Origin: an uncultured Rickettsiales bacterium
Lineage (GTDB): Bacteria; Pseudomonadota; Alphaproteobacteria; Rickettsiales; CAZAGG01
Assembly (NCBI GenBank): GCA_964484565.1
Contig: CAZAGG010000006.1
Coordinates: forward strand, 38,306 to 102,305
DNA length: 64,000 bases
Direction: 5' to 3'
Part shown: piece after piece, positions 8,948 through 18,555 of the stretch
Layout of the letters: every line of letters begins with the position of its first letter
Numbering within the stretch: position 1 is the first letter of the stretch
Program-made: the position numbers and the translations under genes
The notes under the pieces: model-generated
Databases searched by the model: none
What the model was told of the DNA's origin: nothing
Seen by the model: the letters and a program-made list of their open reading frames with translations, nothing else

Positions 8948-9253
8948 TTGAAGGTGATTATCATTCAGCCAGTCGAGTTCCCAAATTTGGGATATCCCCT
9001 GTCTTATGCAACCAGCACCGTTGAAGTGAAGGTCAGCAAGGTGGATGATTTGCAGACAGAATCTAGCTCACAGCAAGCATTACCTCTTGCAAGACCAGAT
9101 ATAGTGAGAGATATAATCCTCGCAAATAATCAGATTAACTCATCTTCTAATGATAATTCAGCGAGAAATCTGCTGGCCAATGCAGCTTATCGCCAAAGTA
9201 GTAGTCTTGAAAATAATGATAATTTTGCAGTGGTTGATTCTATAATCAAATAG
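8948..9253 (+). CDS. hypothetical protein (S/N-rich, no recognisable domain)
   Basis: 101-aa ORF with TTG start and a weak AAGGA 4 nt upstream. No signal peptide and low complexity. Coding status is uncertain. Confidence 0.3.
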   Translation: MKVIIIQPVEFPNLGYPLSYATSTVEVKVSKVDDLQTESSSQQALPLARPDIVRDIILANNQINSSSNDNSARNLLANAAYRQSSSLENNDNFAVVDSIIK

Positions 9254-9260
9254 TGCTAAC

Positions 9261-9731
9261 TTGAGTTTGGAATTATCAATATATTCAACAACAGAGCCTA
9301 AATTGAAATACTTCATCATTGCTTCTCTGGCTTTTATTGCAGCTTGTACTCCGCAAGAACGTCAACACGGATATGTTTTAAAAGAATCTCAGCTCGCCGA
9401 AATTAAGGTGGGAGAGTCAACAAAAGAAGATGTTATCAGAAAGTTTGGTTCACCCTCAACCAGATCAACCTTTGGCTCTGAAAGATGGTATTATGTGTCA
9501 ACAGTTAGCGACAACATAGCCTTCGTAAATAAAGGAACTTCAAAGCAGCAAGTTACAGAAATCGAGTTTGATGAGTTCGAAAATGTAAAAAACATCGCAA
9601 ACTTTTCAGAGAAAGATTCTCGTCAGATTGCACTTTCTGAAGATAAAACCAAAACAGAAGGAAACCGCTTCAGTTTAATCCAACAGCTTGTTGGCAACGT
9701 TGGCCGCTTCACCAAACAAGAAGTTCAATAA
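9261..9731 (+). CDS. bamE: outer membrane protein assembly factor BamE (SmpA/OmlA lipoprotein)
   Basis: Lipobox SLAFIAAC and the SmpA_OmlA block GESTKEDVIRKFGSPSTRSTFGSERWYYV. The alternative TTG start at 9303 gives a more typical signal peptide. Confidence 0.8.
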   Translation: MSLELSIYSTTEPKLKYFIIASLAFIAACTPQERQHGYVLKESQLAEIKVGESTKEDVIRKFGSPSTRSTFGSERWYYVSTVSDNIAFVNKGTSKQQVTEIEFDEFENVKNIANFSEKDSRQIALSEDKTKTEGNRFSLIQQLVGNVGRFTKQEVQ

Positions 9732-11173
9732 TCTCTAATCGGATTAAAATCAGTTAATTCAATCGGATAATCACCGCTAAAGCAAGCGTCGCAATATTGT
9801 GGAGATTGATTGTTGCGTCCTGTTTTACCCATTGCGCGGTAAAGCCCATCTATTGAAAGAAATGCAAGGCTATCAACTCCTATTATCTTTGCCATCTCCT
9901 CTGTTGTATGTTGTGCCGCCATCAGTTTTGATTTTTCTGGAGTATCTACACCATAAAAGCAGGGGTTGGTTGTTGGAGGGCTTGCAATGCGCATATGAAC
10001 TTCTTTGGCTCCCGCATCGCGAACCATTTGCACAATCTTCTTTGAGGTTGTGCCTCTGACTATGCTATCATCAACGAGAATTACGCGCTTTCCCTTAATT
10101 GTAGCAAGATTGGCGTTGTGTTTTAGTTTTACCCCCAAATGGCGAATTTGATCAGTTGGTTCAATAAAGGTTCTGCCAACATAATGATTGCGAATAATGC
10201 CTAACTCGAAAGGAATTGCTGCCTCCATCGCGTATCCTATTGCGGCGGGAACACCAGAATCTGGAACGGGAACAATCACATCAGCATCTACTCCGCTTTC
10301 TCTGGCGAGTTCTCCGCCGATTCTCTTGCGTGCTTCATATACACTTGAGCCTTCAACAAAGCTATCTGGCCTTGCGAAGTATACGTATTCAAAAATGCAA
10401 AAGCGATTCTCTTGAGGGTTAGGCATTTTAATCGATTTTACGCCAGAGCCGTTGATGATCACCATTTCCCCAGCCTCTATATCGCGCACGAAATCTGCGC
10501 CTATAATATCAAGGCCGCATGTTTCTGAAGATAAAATGTAAGATTCGCCTAGCTTTCCAAGAACTAACGGCCTTACACCGTTTGGATCACGCACTCCTAT
10601 AAGCGCATCAGGGGTGAGCATCACTAGGGAATATGCGCCCTGAATCTGGCTTAGTGCTTCGTTTATTCTTTCAATTATGTCTTTCTTTGTGCTGACGGCT
10701 ATTAAGTGGATTATAACTTCGGTATCCATCGTAGATTGGAAGATGCACCCTCTCTCAACAAGTTGCTTTCTGAGTCTGACAGCATTTGTGAGATTGCCAT
10801 TATGCGCTATTGCGATTCCACCAAAACTTAGATCTGCAAATATTGGCTGTATGTTTCTAACTTGAGTTTCACCAGTTGTTGAATAGCGATTGTGGCCGAT
10901 TGCACACGAGCCTTTGAGTCTTTCAATAACTGATTCGGAGCTAAAGTTATCGCCAACCAAGCCGAGTGCCCTATGCGAATAAAATCTTGCGGATTCATCT
11001 CGTGAAACAATGCCAGAAGCCTCTTGCCCCCTATGCTGAAGGGCGTGCAAACCAAGTGCGGTATGCGCTGCTGCATCGTTATGATTATGCACACCAAAAA
11101 CGGCGCATTCATCGTTAAATTTATCTTCGGAAAAAATTTTGTTTTGAGAGTAAGACATATCCACCGCCATCAA
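9725..11173 (-). CDS. purF: amidophosphoribosyltransferase
   Basis: N-terminal nucleophile CAVFGV, the GHNRYST glutaminase block, the PRTase motif VILVDDSIVRGTTS, and C-terminal Cys residues for the Fe-S cluster. Confidence 0.95.
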   Translation of the reverse strand: MMAVDMSYSQNKIFSEDKFNDECAVFGVHNHNDAAAHTALGLHALQHRGQEASGIVSRDESARFYSHRALGLVGDNFSSESVIERLKGSCAIGHNRYSTTGETQVRNIQPIFADLSFGGIAIAHNGNLTNAVRLRKQLVERGCIFQSTMDTEVIIHLIAVSTKKDIIERINEALSQIQGAYSLVMLTPDALIGVRDPNGVRPLVLGKLGESYILSSETCGLDIIGADFVRDIEAGEMVIINGSGVKSIKMPNPQENRFCIFEYVYFARPDSFVEGSSVYEARKRIGGELARESGVDADVIVPVPDSGVPAAIGYAMEAAIPFELGIIRNHYVGRTFIEPTDQIRHLGVKLKHNANLATIKGKRVILVDDSIVRGTTSKKIVQMVRDAGAKEVHMRIASPPTTNPCFYGVDTPEKSKLMAAQHTTEEMAKIIGVDSLAFLSIDGLYRAMGKTGRNNQSPQYCDACFSGDYPIELTDFNPIRDY

Positions 11174-11322
11174 TTCACCGTCTCTATAAATCAGCTAGGC
11201 GAAAGAGTCTAGTGATAATTTGCGAACAGGATACACTCTTTACGTTTGTTTAACCTGTTAGAGCTAATATCTGGAGTTTGGGGAATTAACCATACAAAAA
11301 TTAATTAAGAGCAATATAAAAA

Positions 11323-12129
11323 ATGCGCCGTTCAGTTCTTCTAATTGCCGCAGCAGTAATTGCAATAGTAGTGGCTTTCGCAATCAAGGGCAAAATGTCT
11401 GGAGAAGTCGATAAAAAGCCCGTTGAGAGCGTTAAGGCGACATTGAATATATTGGTTGCGAAGACTGATATTCCGCCTGGAACGTTTATAAAGCCAGAGA
11501 TGCATCTCGATTTTTCTCCCAGAGCTAAAGAAACAATAATGCCGGGTTATATTGTTGAAGGATCTCAAAATCCTGCATCCTTCGCGGGTGCAATTAGCAG
11601 AAGTAGAATTACTACAGGTGAGCCAATAACTAACGCAAATGTTGTAAAATCCGATGACGGTGGATTCTTATCGGCGGTTCTTTCTGCGGGAATGCGAGCA
11701 GTTACCGTTGCGGTGACTCCAACTTCTGGGAATGCAGGGTTCATATTCCCAGGTGATAGAGTTGATGTTATCGTAACTAGAGCATACACGAAAGAAAGTG
11801 GCACAGCACAAAACTTCAGTGAGACGGTAATTAGAGATATTCGGGTTATGGCCGTTGATCAGAAATATACTAACGAAACAAACGAAATTGTTGTGGCAAG
11901 AACTGCAACACTTGAGGTTTCGCCTAAGCAGGCGGAGATATTAACTCTTGCGGCTGAAATTGGGAAAATATCACTAAGCCTAAGAAGTAATTCTAAGGAG
12001 AGTGATAATAATTCAGAAGTATCTGATAAACCAATAGAATCAACCCTATCTTTACCATTTAAAATGTCAATAACCAGAGGTAGCGAAACTGCCGAGAAGG
12101 AATTTTTTCTGAAGCAAAGCCATGATTAA
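11323..12129 (+). CDS. cpaB: Flp/Tad pilus assembly protein CpaB (RcpC)
   Basis: N-terminal TM, SAF-like region (VAKTDIPPGTFI) and RcpC block (AVTVAV..GFIFPGDRVDV). It lies directly upstream of and overlaps the secretin gene. Confidence 0.85.
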   Translation: MRRSVLLIAAAVIAIVVAFAIKGKMSGEVDKKPVESVKATLNILVAKTDIPPGTFIKPEMHLDFSPRAKETIMPGYIVEGSQNPASFAGAISRSRITTGEPITNANVVKSDDGGFLSAVLSAGMRAVTVAVTPTSGNAGFIFPGDRVDVIVTRAYTKESGTAQNFSETVIRDIRVMAVDQKYTNETNEIVVARTATLEVSPKQAEILTLAAEIGKISLSLRSNSKESDNNSEVSDKPIESTLSLPFKMSITRGSETAEKEFFLKQSHD

Positions 12130-13597
12130 AAATAACGTAAAATCATATATTAGATTAGTTGCATTTGTTGCTGGATTTCTTGGAGTTCTGGCATTCTTTG
12201 AAGCGGGATATTCAATGCCAGTGGGGCAAGCGCAGACTGCTCAAAAGTCATCTGAAAAGCATAATAAAGGGCATATCAAAGTTGAGCTTCGTAAAGGTAT
12301 GGTTATAAAACTAACCAAGCCTGCATCATCTGTTTTAGTTGCAAATACTGATATTGCGGATGTTGAAGCGCGATCCCCAAAGCAAATTTTCGTATACGGT
12401 AAGGCTTTAGGCGAAACATCAATATATGCTTATGATGAAAATGAGAATGAGGTTTTATCTGCAACAATAAAAGTCACACATAATATAAGTTCTTTGGAGA
12501 GAACCGTTAGAGAATCTATTCCTGAAGGTAATGCAACTTTCCGTTCAACCGATAGAGGCCTTGTGATAGAAGGCTCTGTTCCATCTCCTGAAGCATCTGA
12601 TAAAGTGTCGAGAATTGCCTCAACCTATTTAACTGCTGAAGAACCAGTTATTAATTTGCTCAATGTTCAAGGTTCAGATCAAGTAACTTTAAAAGTAAGA
12701 ATTGCTGAAGTTTCAAAAACTAATCTTAAAACATTGGGAATCAATCTTGGTAATCTAGCGGTGGGAAAGGGTAGCTTTGCTTTTGGGTTAATTACAGGCA
12801 GAACCTTTATTGATCCAGGTGACTTGCTAGTAAGCGGCGATGAGTCATTAATCAGACTTCCTGATCAGAATAATGCGAGAATTATTGGAAATCGTGGCTC
12901 ATTTGGGGTAGATGCCTTAATAGATGCCCTGCACCGTGACGGATATGCAAAGGTTCTAGCAGAACCAAACCTCACTGCAATTTCTGGAAGAGCGGCAAGT
13001 TTTCTTGCAGGCGGCGAGATTCCAATTCCTGTTCCAGGAGATGATGGAACTGTTACGATAGAATACAGACCCTTTGGTGTTTCTTTGAATTTTGTTCCAA
13101 CCGTTTTATCGAAAGATAGAATCAGTCTTTCGGTTGCTCCTGAAGTTAGTAGCTTGTCTCAGGTTGGAGCATTATCGTTTTCAGGATTCAGCGTGCCTGC
13201 GTTTTCTGTAAGGCGTGCAAACACTACTGTAGAATTGGGCAGCGGTCAAAGTCTTGCAATTGCTGGACTTTTACAAAATGATATTACAAATGATATAGAT
13301 AAATTTCCATGGTTGGGCGATGTTCCAATACTAGGTTCTTTGTTTAGCTCGTCAAGATTTCAAAAAGATGAAACAGAGTTGGTTATAATAGTCACTCCTT
13401 ATATCGTAAGTCCTGTGAATGAGAAAGACCTTGCGATACCAGGTGAAAATCATATTCAGCCTAGTGACTTTGAGCGGATATTTTTAGGAAAACTCTTTAG
13501 CCATAAAAAACCATCTACATCATCTTATTCCAGTGATCCAATTGCAGCAGTAGGCAATATGAAAAAGACTGGAAAAATTGGTTATATATTGGAGTAA
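12122..13597 (+). CDS. cpaC: Tad pilus secretin CpaC (RcpA)
   Basis: Signal peptide, pilus-formation N-domain (VANTDIADVEA..IFVYGKALGETS) and the secretin C-domain AEPNLTAISGRAASFLAGGEIPIP ... PWLGDVPILGSLFSSSRFQKDETELVIIVTP. Confidence 0.9.
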   Translation: MIKNNVKSYIRLVAFVAGFLGVLAFFEAGYSMPVGQAQTAQKSSEKHNKGHIKVELRKGMVIKLTKPASSVLVANTDIADVEARSPKQIFVYGKALGETSIYAYDENENEVLSATIKVTHNISSLERTVRESIPEGNATFRSTDRGLVIEGSVPSPEASDKVSRIASTYLTAEEPVINLLNVQGSDQVTLKVRIAEVSKTNLKTLGINLGNLAVGKGSFAFGLITGRTFIDPGDLLVSGDESLIRLPDQNNARIIGNRGSFGVDALIDALHRDGYAKVLAEPNLTAISGRAASFLAGGEIPIPVPGDDGTVTIEYRPFGVSLNFVPTVLSKDRISLSVAPEVSSLSQVGALSFSGFSVPAFSVRRANTTVELGSGQSLAIAGLLQNDITNDIDKFPWLGDVPILGSLFSSSRFQKDETELVIIVTPYIVSPVNEKDLAIPGENHIQPSDFERIFLGKLFSHKKPSTSSYSSDPIAAVGNMKKTGKIGYILE

Positions 13598-13603
13598 AAT
13601 AAT

Positions 13604-14320
13604 ATGAGAAATATTTCTAGATTAAGTTTTGCGGCATTGGTAATGCTTGCAATATCTGGATGTGCGGCGGACTATAGAGGTAATAACCTGCCTGAAAATC
13701 ACAATGTTAATATAGTCAATGAATCTCAAAAGACGGTAGTTCTAAGTTACGCAAAATCTGCAAAAATTCCTTATTCTGAAGGAAATTACAACCCAATAGA
13801 TGAGATGATAAACGCAGCAGGTGGTGTAACTAATATAGAAGATGTGGTGATTAATATTCCAAACTCTATAACATCAAAGTATGCGTTAAAAGCCTCTGAA
13901 ATTGCTAGAGCAAGAACTGCGTGGATTAACTCTTATCTAATCGCAAGAGGAATTGATAAAAAGCGAATTGCAATCAAATATTCTAATGAAAGTGACGTTA
14001 CAAAAGCGGATAATATAATTCTAAAAGTAAATCACCTCGAAATTACCAGACCAGATTGCAAAAACCAAATTGGATATGAAACTTTTGGAAATTTTATGGG
14101 CGCAACCTCTCCAGATTTTGGTTGCTCGACTAGAAATAATCTAGGTGTAATGATAGCAGATCCTAGAGAAATGATAGGGCATAGAAATGTTTCAAGTAAA
14201 TCTAATCCAGATTCAGCTTCAAATGCTATAAAAGCTATAAGGGAGACTTCGGAATCTCTTGCACCTGCTGAGGGTGTGATTAGAACAACTACATCTGCAA
14301 AACCTGCTTCTGCAAAATAA
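13604..14320 (+). CDS. cpaD: pilus assembly lipoprotein CpaD
   Basis: Lipobox LAISGC and the CpaD-type Cys pair (RPDCKNQ ... NFGCSTRNNLGVMIADPREM). Canonical position after cpaC. Confidence 0.75.
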   Translation: MRNISRLSFAALVMLAISGCAADYRGNNLPENHNVNIVNESQKTVVLSYAKSAKIPYSEGNYNPIDEMINAAGGVTNIEDVVINIPNSITSKYALKASEIARARTAWINSYLIARGIDKKRIAIKYSNESDVTKADNIILKVNHLEITRPDCKNQIGYETFGNFMGATSPDFGCSTRNNLGVMIADPREMIGHRNVSSKSNPDSASNAIKAIRETSESLAPAEGVIRTTTSAKPASAK

Positions 14321-14396
14321 GATTTATATAGATGTCATAAAACTGCAATAGATAAGTGCTACAAATTTCTTAACCAAGTGTTAAGGGATTGTGCAA

Positions 14397-15413
14397 ATGA
14401 GTGCGACAAAATTACCAAATTTAGAAGAATCTTTAAATTCTATAATTATAGATTTTCCCAATATTATTAGAGATATTACTCGTGAATTTATAGAGAAAAT
14501 TGTTCAAGATATACAGGGACTAGATGAAAACGAGCTTATACACTTACTAAGTGATATATGCATGTATTTAGATGAAGATGATTTAAGAGAGCAATATCAA
14601 AAAAAAGTAACTGAATGCTCAAATGCTTTTAATAATGGTCTGAAATGGACATATGACAGATTTAGTATCTCTGAGGAAGAACGCCCAATAGTTACTGGTT
14701 TTCGATCAGCAGGTTCTGGGTTTGGGGTGTATCTTTATCCTGGCAGTTCATCTTTGGTAAATATATCAAAAAGAATAATCGAAAATGACCCAAGTTCTAC
14801 AGATTTAGCATTGGAATTGGATAGAGGCTTAATCAGTATATCTTCAGGGTCTGCGTTTTCTGATATAATGAAAGACATTGTCAGTGAAACAATAAGAAAT
14901 AAGGCGTTGGAAATTGAAAATTTTGATGACAATGATTTTGTTGCGGTATTAAAAAGTTTATTTGAGTTCTTGAATAAAGGTAGAGAAAAAAAAAGCAAAA
15001 CTTTGCTTAACGATGGCGATTTAGAGCGTTTAATTAACGGTTTAAGAAATGTAGAGCAATTTCGCCTTACAGACCCTCGTAACCCAGATTTAAAACTAAC
15101 AATAGCTCAATATTGTTTCATTGCAGGGGTTGAAGAAACTTTCCATCACAAACAATATCTTCACGATCCCGAAACATTCAAAGAGATATATAGAATCGCG
15201 GAATCTAACCCAGAAAACCACGTTGTCCAAAAGAATAATGGCGATTCAACAGCTTATTGTAATTTTCCTTATGAGTTTGAGGCTGGAATAGTTCACAGGC
15301 AAGCAGCTCATGAAGAATATGGAATAGGTAGTTCACCAGCATCATATAAGTTGCTTGAGGCAAAATATCAGAAAAAAGAAATTGTTGTGGAATCTGGATT
15401 TTTACCTAGATGA
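14397..15413 (+). CDS. hypothetical protein (orphan, acidic, no signal peptide)
   Basis: About 338 aa. ATG at 14397 lies 8 nt after AAGGGA, and the track's GTG at 14391 is too close to the SD. I recognise no domain. It sits where cpaE is expected but has no Walker A motif. Confidence 0.5.
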   Translation: MSATKLPNLEESLNSIIIDFPNIIRDITREFIEKIVQDIQGLDENELIHLLSDICMYLDEDDLREQYQKKVTECSNAFNNGLKWTYDRFSISEEERPIVTGFRSAGSGFGVYLYPGSSSLVNISKRIIENDPSSTDLALELDRGLISISSGSAFSDIMKDIVSETIRNKALEIENFDDNDFVAVLKSLFEFLNKGREKKSKTLLNDGDLERLINGLRNVEQFRLTDPRNPDLKLTIAQYCFIAGVEETFHHKQYLHDPETFKEIYRIAESNPENHVVQKNNGDSTAYCNFPYEFEAGIVHRQAAHEEYGIGSSPASYKLLEAKYQKKEIVVESGFLPR

Positions 15414-15971
15414 ATCTGCTAGTTCTTTCTCTATAGCCTTTGCGATTCTTTCAGAATCTGGTGAGGTGGTAGAATTGAAATAATCAATTAGCTTTCCCTC
15501 TCTGTTTATCAGATATTTGTGGAAGTTCCATTTTGGTGCTGTTCCAAAGCCAAGCTCTTGCTTCGCCCATTTGTAAAATGGATGAGCTTCTTGCCCTGAT
15601 ACAACTTCTTTTGCAGCCATCGGGAAGGTGACTCCATAATTCAACTGGCAAAAACTTGCTATCTCGTTATTAGGTGCTGGTTCTTGACCACCGAAGTCAT
15701 TGCTGGGAACACCCAAAACCACCAATCCTTGCTCTTGATATTTCTTATAAAGTGCTTCTAGCCCTGCATATTGACCTGTTAAGCCACATTTAGAAGCAGT
15801 ATTTACTATAAGCAAAACCTTGCCTTTAAAGTTAGATAATGGCATTGGCTCTTCCCCTCGCAGGGTTTTAAACTCAAACGCATAAACATCTTTTATTTTG
15901 TTTTCTGAGGCATTTGCTGATTTGAATATTGAAAGCATAATTATCAAAACTCCATATATTATTTTTTTCAT
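15402..15971 (-). CDS. glutathione peroxidase (Cys type) with signal peptide
   Basis: NTASKCGLTGQY (peroxidatic Cys), LGVPSNDFGGQEP and WNFHKYLI Gpx blocks. The N-terminal signal peptide suggests periplasmic location. Confidence 0.9.
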   Translation of the reverse strand: MKKIIYGVLIIMLSIFKSANASENKIKDVYAFEFKTLRGEEPMPLSNFKGKVLLIVNTASKCGLTGQYAGLEALYKKYQEQGLVVLGVPSNDFGGQEPAPNNEIASFCQLNYGVTFPMAAKEVVSGQEAHPFYKWAKQELGFGTAPKWNFHKYLINREGKLIDYFNSTTSPDSERIAKAIEKELADSSR

Positions 15972-15981
15972 AGCGCAGAAC

Positions 15982-16749
15982 CTAACCTATTATTCTTTTT
16001 GATATTTTTAAAGACAGGAAATAAGGTAGTAGTTTAAGTAATTTGAGCCAAACTGTAAAACGCTTTGGAAAGTGTATCTCAAATTTTGAATCAAGTAATC
16101 CATCTGCTATATATTTTGCAGCTTTATCGGCACTAATAATCATGGGCATATCAAAATTATTTTTGTCAGTAAGCTCTGTTTTGACAAATCCTGGATTGAT
16201 TAACTTGACATCAATTTTTGGAGGTAATTCGCTTCTGAGGCTCTCAGCTAGATTTATGATTGCCGCTTTTGTTGCACCATATGGTTGAGCATTTGGCAGA
16301 CCGAAATATCCTGCAACGCTTCCACAAAGCGCAATTTGAGAATAACTCTGCTTTTCTAATATTGGAAGTATTGCATTTATCACGTTAAAAGCTCCAAGCA
16401 GATTAACTTCTATAATCTGTTTTGTAACTTCTATATCAAAGTTTGCTAGCTTCATTGGTGTGTAAGCTGCTGCCATGAAAATTACTCTATCAATACTTCC
16501 AAACTCTGAGTATATGGCATTTGCAACATCCCGCAATGCGACTTCGTCAGTAATATCCAGCTTATAAACTTTGTGCTCAAGGCTATTTGATAAGGATTCT
16601 TTTAGCTTATTTAGCTCTTCAATGCGTCGAGCTGAAAGAATTAGCTTGCCGCCACGTTTGCTAATCTCCTTAGCAAGTGCAGCACCTATGCCAGTGCTTG
16701 CACCAATAACCCACACAATCTCGTTATGATAGCTTTGTTTATCAATCAT
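15982..16749 (-). CDS. SDR family oxidoreductase
   Basis: VIGASTGIGAALA cofactor motif and the catalytic YGATKAA (YxxxK). Confidence 0.85.
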   Translation of the reverse strand: MIDKQSYHNEIVWVIGASTGIGAALAKEISKRGGKLILSARRIEELNKLKESLSNSLEHKVYKLDITDEVALRDVANAIYSEFGSIDRVIFMAAAYTPMKLANFDIEVTKQIIEVNLLGAFNVINAILPILEKQSYSQIALCGSVAGYFGLPNAQPYGATKAAIINLAESLRSELPPKIDVKLINPGFVKTELTDKNNFDMPMIISADKAAKYIADGLLDSKFEIHFPKRFTVWLKLLKLLPYFLSLKISKRIIG

Positions 16750-17276
16750 TGTTTTTGCATGAAAATTGTAAGTTCAGAAACTGTAATACCAAACTTTTTC
16801 AGATAAGAACGATTGATAAGAACGCCATCATTCATAACCCACATCCAGTCATCAAAGCGAATTCGATATACATTTCCATCTACGGGAAGATCCATTACAT
16901 AATTCCAGCGCATAGCACTGCCGCTAGTGTTTCCAGTTGCTTTGTCGATAATGTCGGAGGCTGTGCCTTCATAACTGCCATCAGAAAGTTTTTTGATTGT
17001 CCAAACTCTTTCTTGTTTCTTGCCATCGTAATACTCAAAGTGTTCGGTTAGCGTTCCTGTATCGCCATCCCATTTGCCAACCATTACGACATCGAAACGC
17101 TGAATAACTCTGCCGCGCCAGTCTTGCACAACACCCCACGCCTTTATGTTTCCGTTAAAGTATTCTTTAATATCAGCCTTTGGAGTAGTATCTTGATAAT
17201 ATTCCAAAGAGTTAGAACTGCATCCACTAAACATCATTAACACTCCAATCATTGCTATTAGTTTTATTTTTCTCAT
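16746..17276 (-). CDS. DUF3833 family lipoprotein
   Basis: Lipobox MFSGCSS and blocks YFNGNIKAWGVVQDWRGRV and FDDWMWVMNDGVLINR typical of DUF3833. This is its usual context beside SDR and CFA-synthase-like genes. Start set at the internal Met (MRKIKL). Confidence 0.7.
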   Translation of the reverse strand: MRKIKLIAMIGVLMMFSGCSSNSLEYYQDTTPKADIKEYFNGNIKAWGVVQDWRGRVIQRFDVVMVGKWDGDTGTLTEHFEYYDGKKQERVWTIKKLSDGSYEGTASDIIDKATGNTSGSAMRWNYVMDLPVDGNVYRIRFDDWMWVMNDGVLINRSYLKKFGITVSELTIFMQKQ

Positions 17277-18555
17277 TGTAACTCTCAAGTTTAGGTTGAT
17301 TAATGTAGAAATAGAAAATCATTGCCGCTGATATTGCTTTTAAAAAACATGGAACCATCGCATACATAGCATTAAGAGCCGTTAGAGCCGTGTAATCATT
17401 GACAGACTCTGGCACAAAGCCAAATAATTCTATCGCTGGAAGCGCAATAACAGATGCGATTGCTAGAGAACTTTTTGCAATCAATGTTAAAAGTGAATAA
17501 TGCGAAGATGCATTATCTTCAGAATGATTTATGTGAAGTTCATCAGCAAGAATAGAGGGAGGGAATATCAAATCCGCCCCCAATGCGGCTCCTGAAGCGA
17601 TGCAAATAATTGCATATTGAATTATATCACCTTCGCCTAAAAAGAATGCCCAAATAAAACTTACTATGGCTAAAATCATCGAATAAAACCAAGTTTTATG
17701 CTTGCCGTAGTAAGTGCTTAAACGCTTCCACATTGGAATAAATAAAGCACCTGAAACGAAATAAAGCATTAGAAACAGACCAGTATATTGCTCTGCAAGC
17801 AATCTATCGCGAACAAAAAACAATACCAAAACTGCTGGAATGCTTGATGCAATCATGCTGATTAAATAAACAGTGAGCAGTCTCTTAGAATCACTTGAAA
17901 GTGATCTAAAAACTGTAAAGAAAGAATAGGTTTCAGATTTACTTTTCTGATTTGAGATTCTTGCAAGACCAATCCATCTAACAAACAAAACTAATGCGAA
18001 AAACATCAAAATAGTAAGTAGCAGTGCAAAAACTATATATACTTGCTCTTTTGAGTAGCTTTTTGAAAGTATGCTTGGCAATGAAACAGCTAAAACAAGG
18101 CCTAAAAGAGCAAATGCTTCTCGATAAGATGCAATTTGGGTTTGTGCGTTTTTATTATCTGTCCACAATGCGCCGAGTGCATTAAGATTAATGCTTAGAA
18201 CGCTATAAGCCGTTATCGCAAGTCCCATGCAAAGAAGAAACCAAAAGATGGGTGAAATATACATTATGTTAAAGAGGCCATAAATACTTGCGCAAAGAAT
18301 GATGGCTGAAGCTGAAATATAATATTTTGAATGCTTGCGAAATCTATCGCTCATAAAGCCAATAAAGGGATCTTGGAATGCGTCAAATAAACGAAGCAAT
18401 AAAAGTATAATCCCAAGATATGTAAGTGATATATTGTAATTTGTTGCATAAAAGTCTGGTGCAAGAACGTATAGCGGAAATCCTGCAAATGCTACAGGAG
18501 CTGCAAATAAGCTATATTGCAAAAGAGAAATTGGGCTTGGATTATCCTTACTCAT
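17227..18555 (-). CDS. MFS/GPH-type transporter
   Basis: 442 aa, about 12 predicted hydrophobic helices, and an RLFDAFQDPFIGFMSDR loop motif typical of MFS/GPH carriers. Confidence 0.75.
   Translation of the reverse strand: MSKDNPSPISLLQYSLFAAPVAFAGFPLYVLAPDFYATNYNISLTYLGIILLLLRLFDAFQDPFIGFMSDRFRKHSKYYISASAIILCASIYGLFNIMYISPIFWFLLCMGLAITAYSVLSINLNALGALWTDNKNAQTQIASYREAFALLGLVLAVSLPSILSKSYSKEQVYIVFALLLTILMFFALVLFVRWIGLARISNQKSKSETYSFFTVFRSLSSDSKRLLTVYLISMIASSIPAVLVLFFVRDRLLAEQYTGLFLMLYFVSGALFIPMWKRLSTYYGKHKTWFYSMILAIVSFIWAFFLGEGDIIQYAIICIASGAALGADLIFPPSILADELHINHSEDNASSHYSLLTLIAKSSLAIASVIALPAIELFGFVPESVNDYTALTALNAMYAMVPCFLKAISAAMIFYFYINQPKLESYNEKNKTNSNDWSVNDV

Noticed and set aside
8908-9024. 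38-codon ATG ORF just downstream of the consensus promoter
   Set aside because: It has no SD and no motifs, and it overlaps the alternative 101-codon ORF in another frame. The evidence is insufficient to call either, and only the longer one is listed, at low confidence.
9130-9253. tmRNA-like tag resemblance (..NNDNFAVV.. and ..SSNDNSA..) in the 8948-9253 ORF downstream of the perfect promoter
   Set aside because: The region is AT-rich and has no tRNA-like domain, pseudoknots or CCA end. The peptide does not end in the hydrophobic ..AA tag terminus, so the resemblance is probably coincidental.
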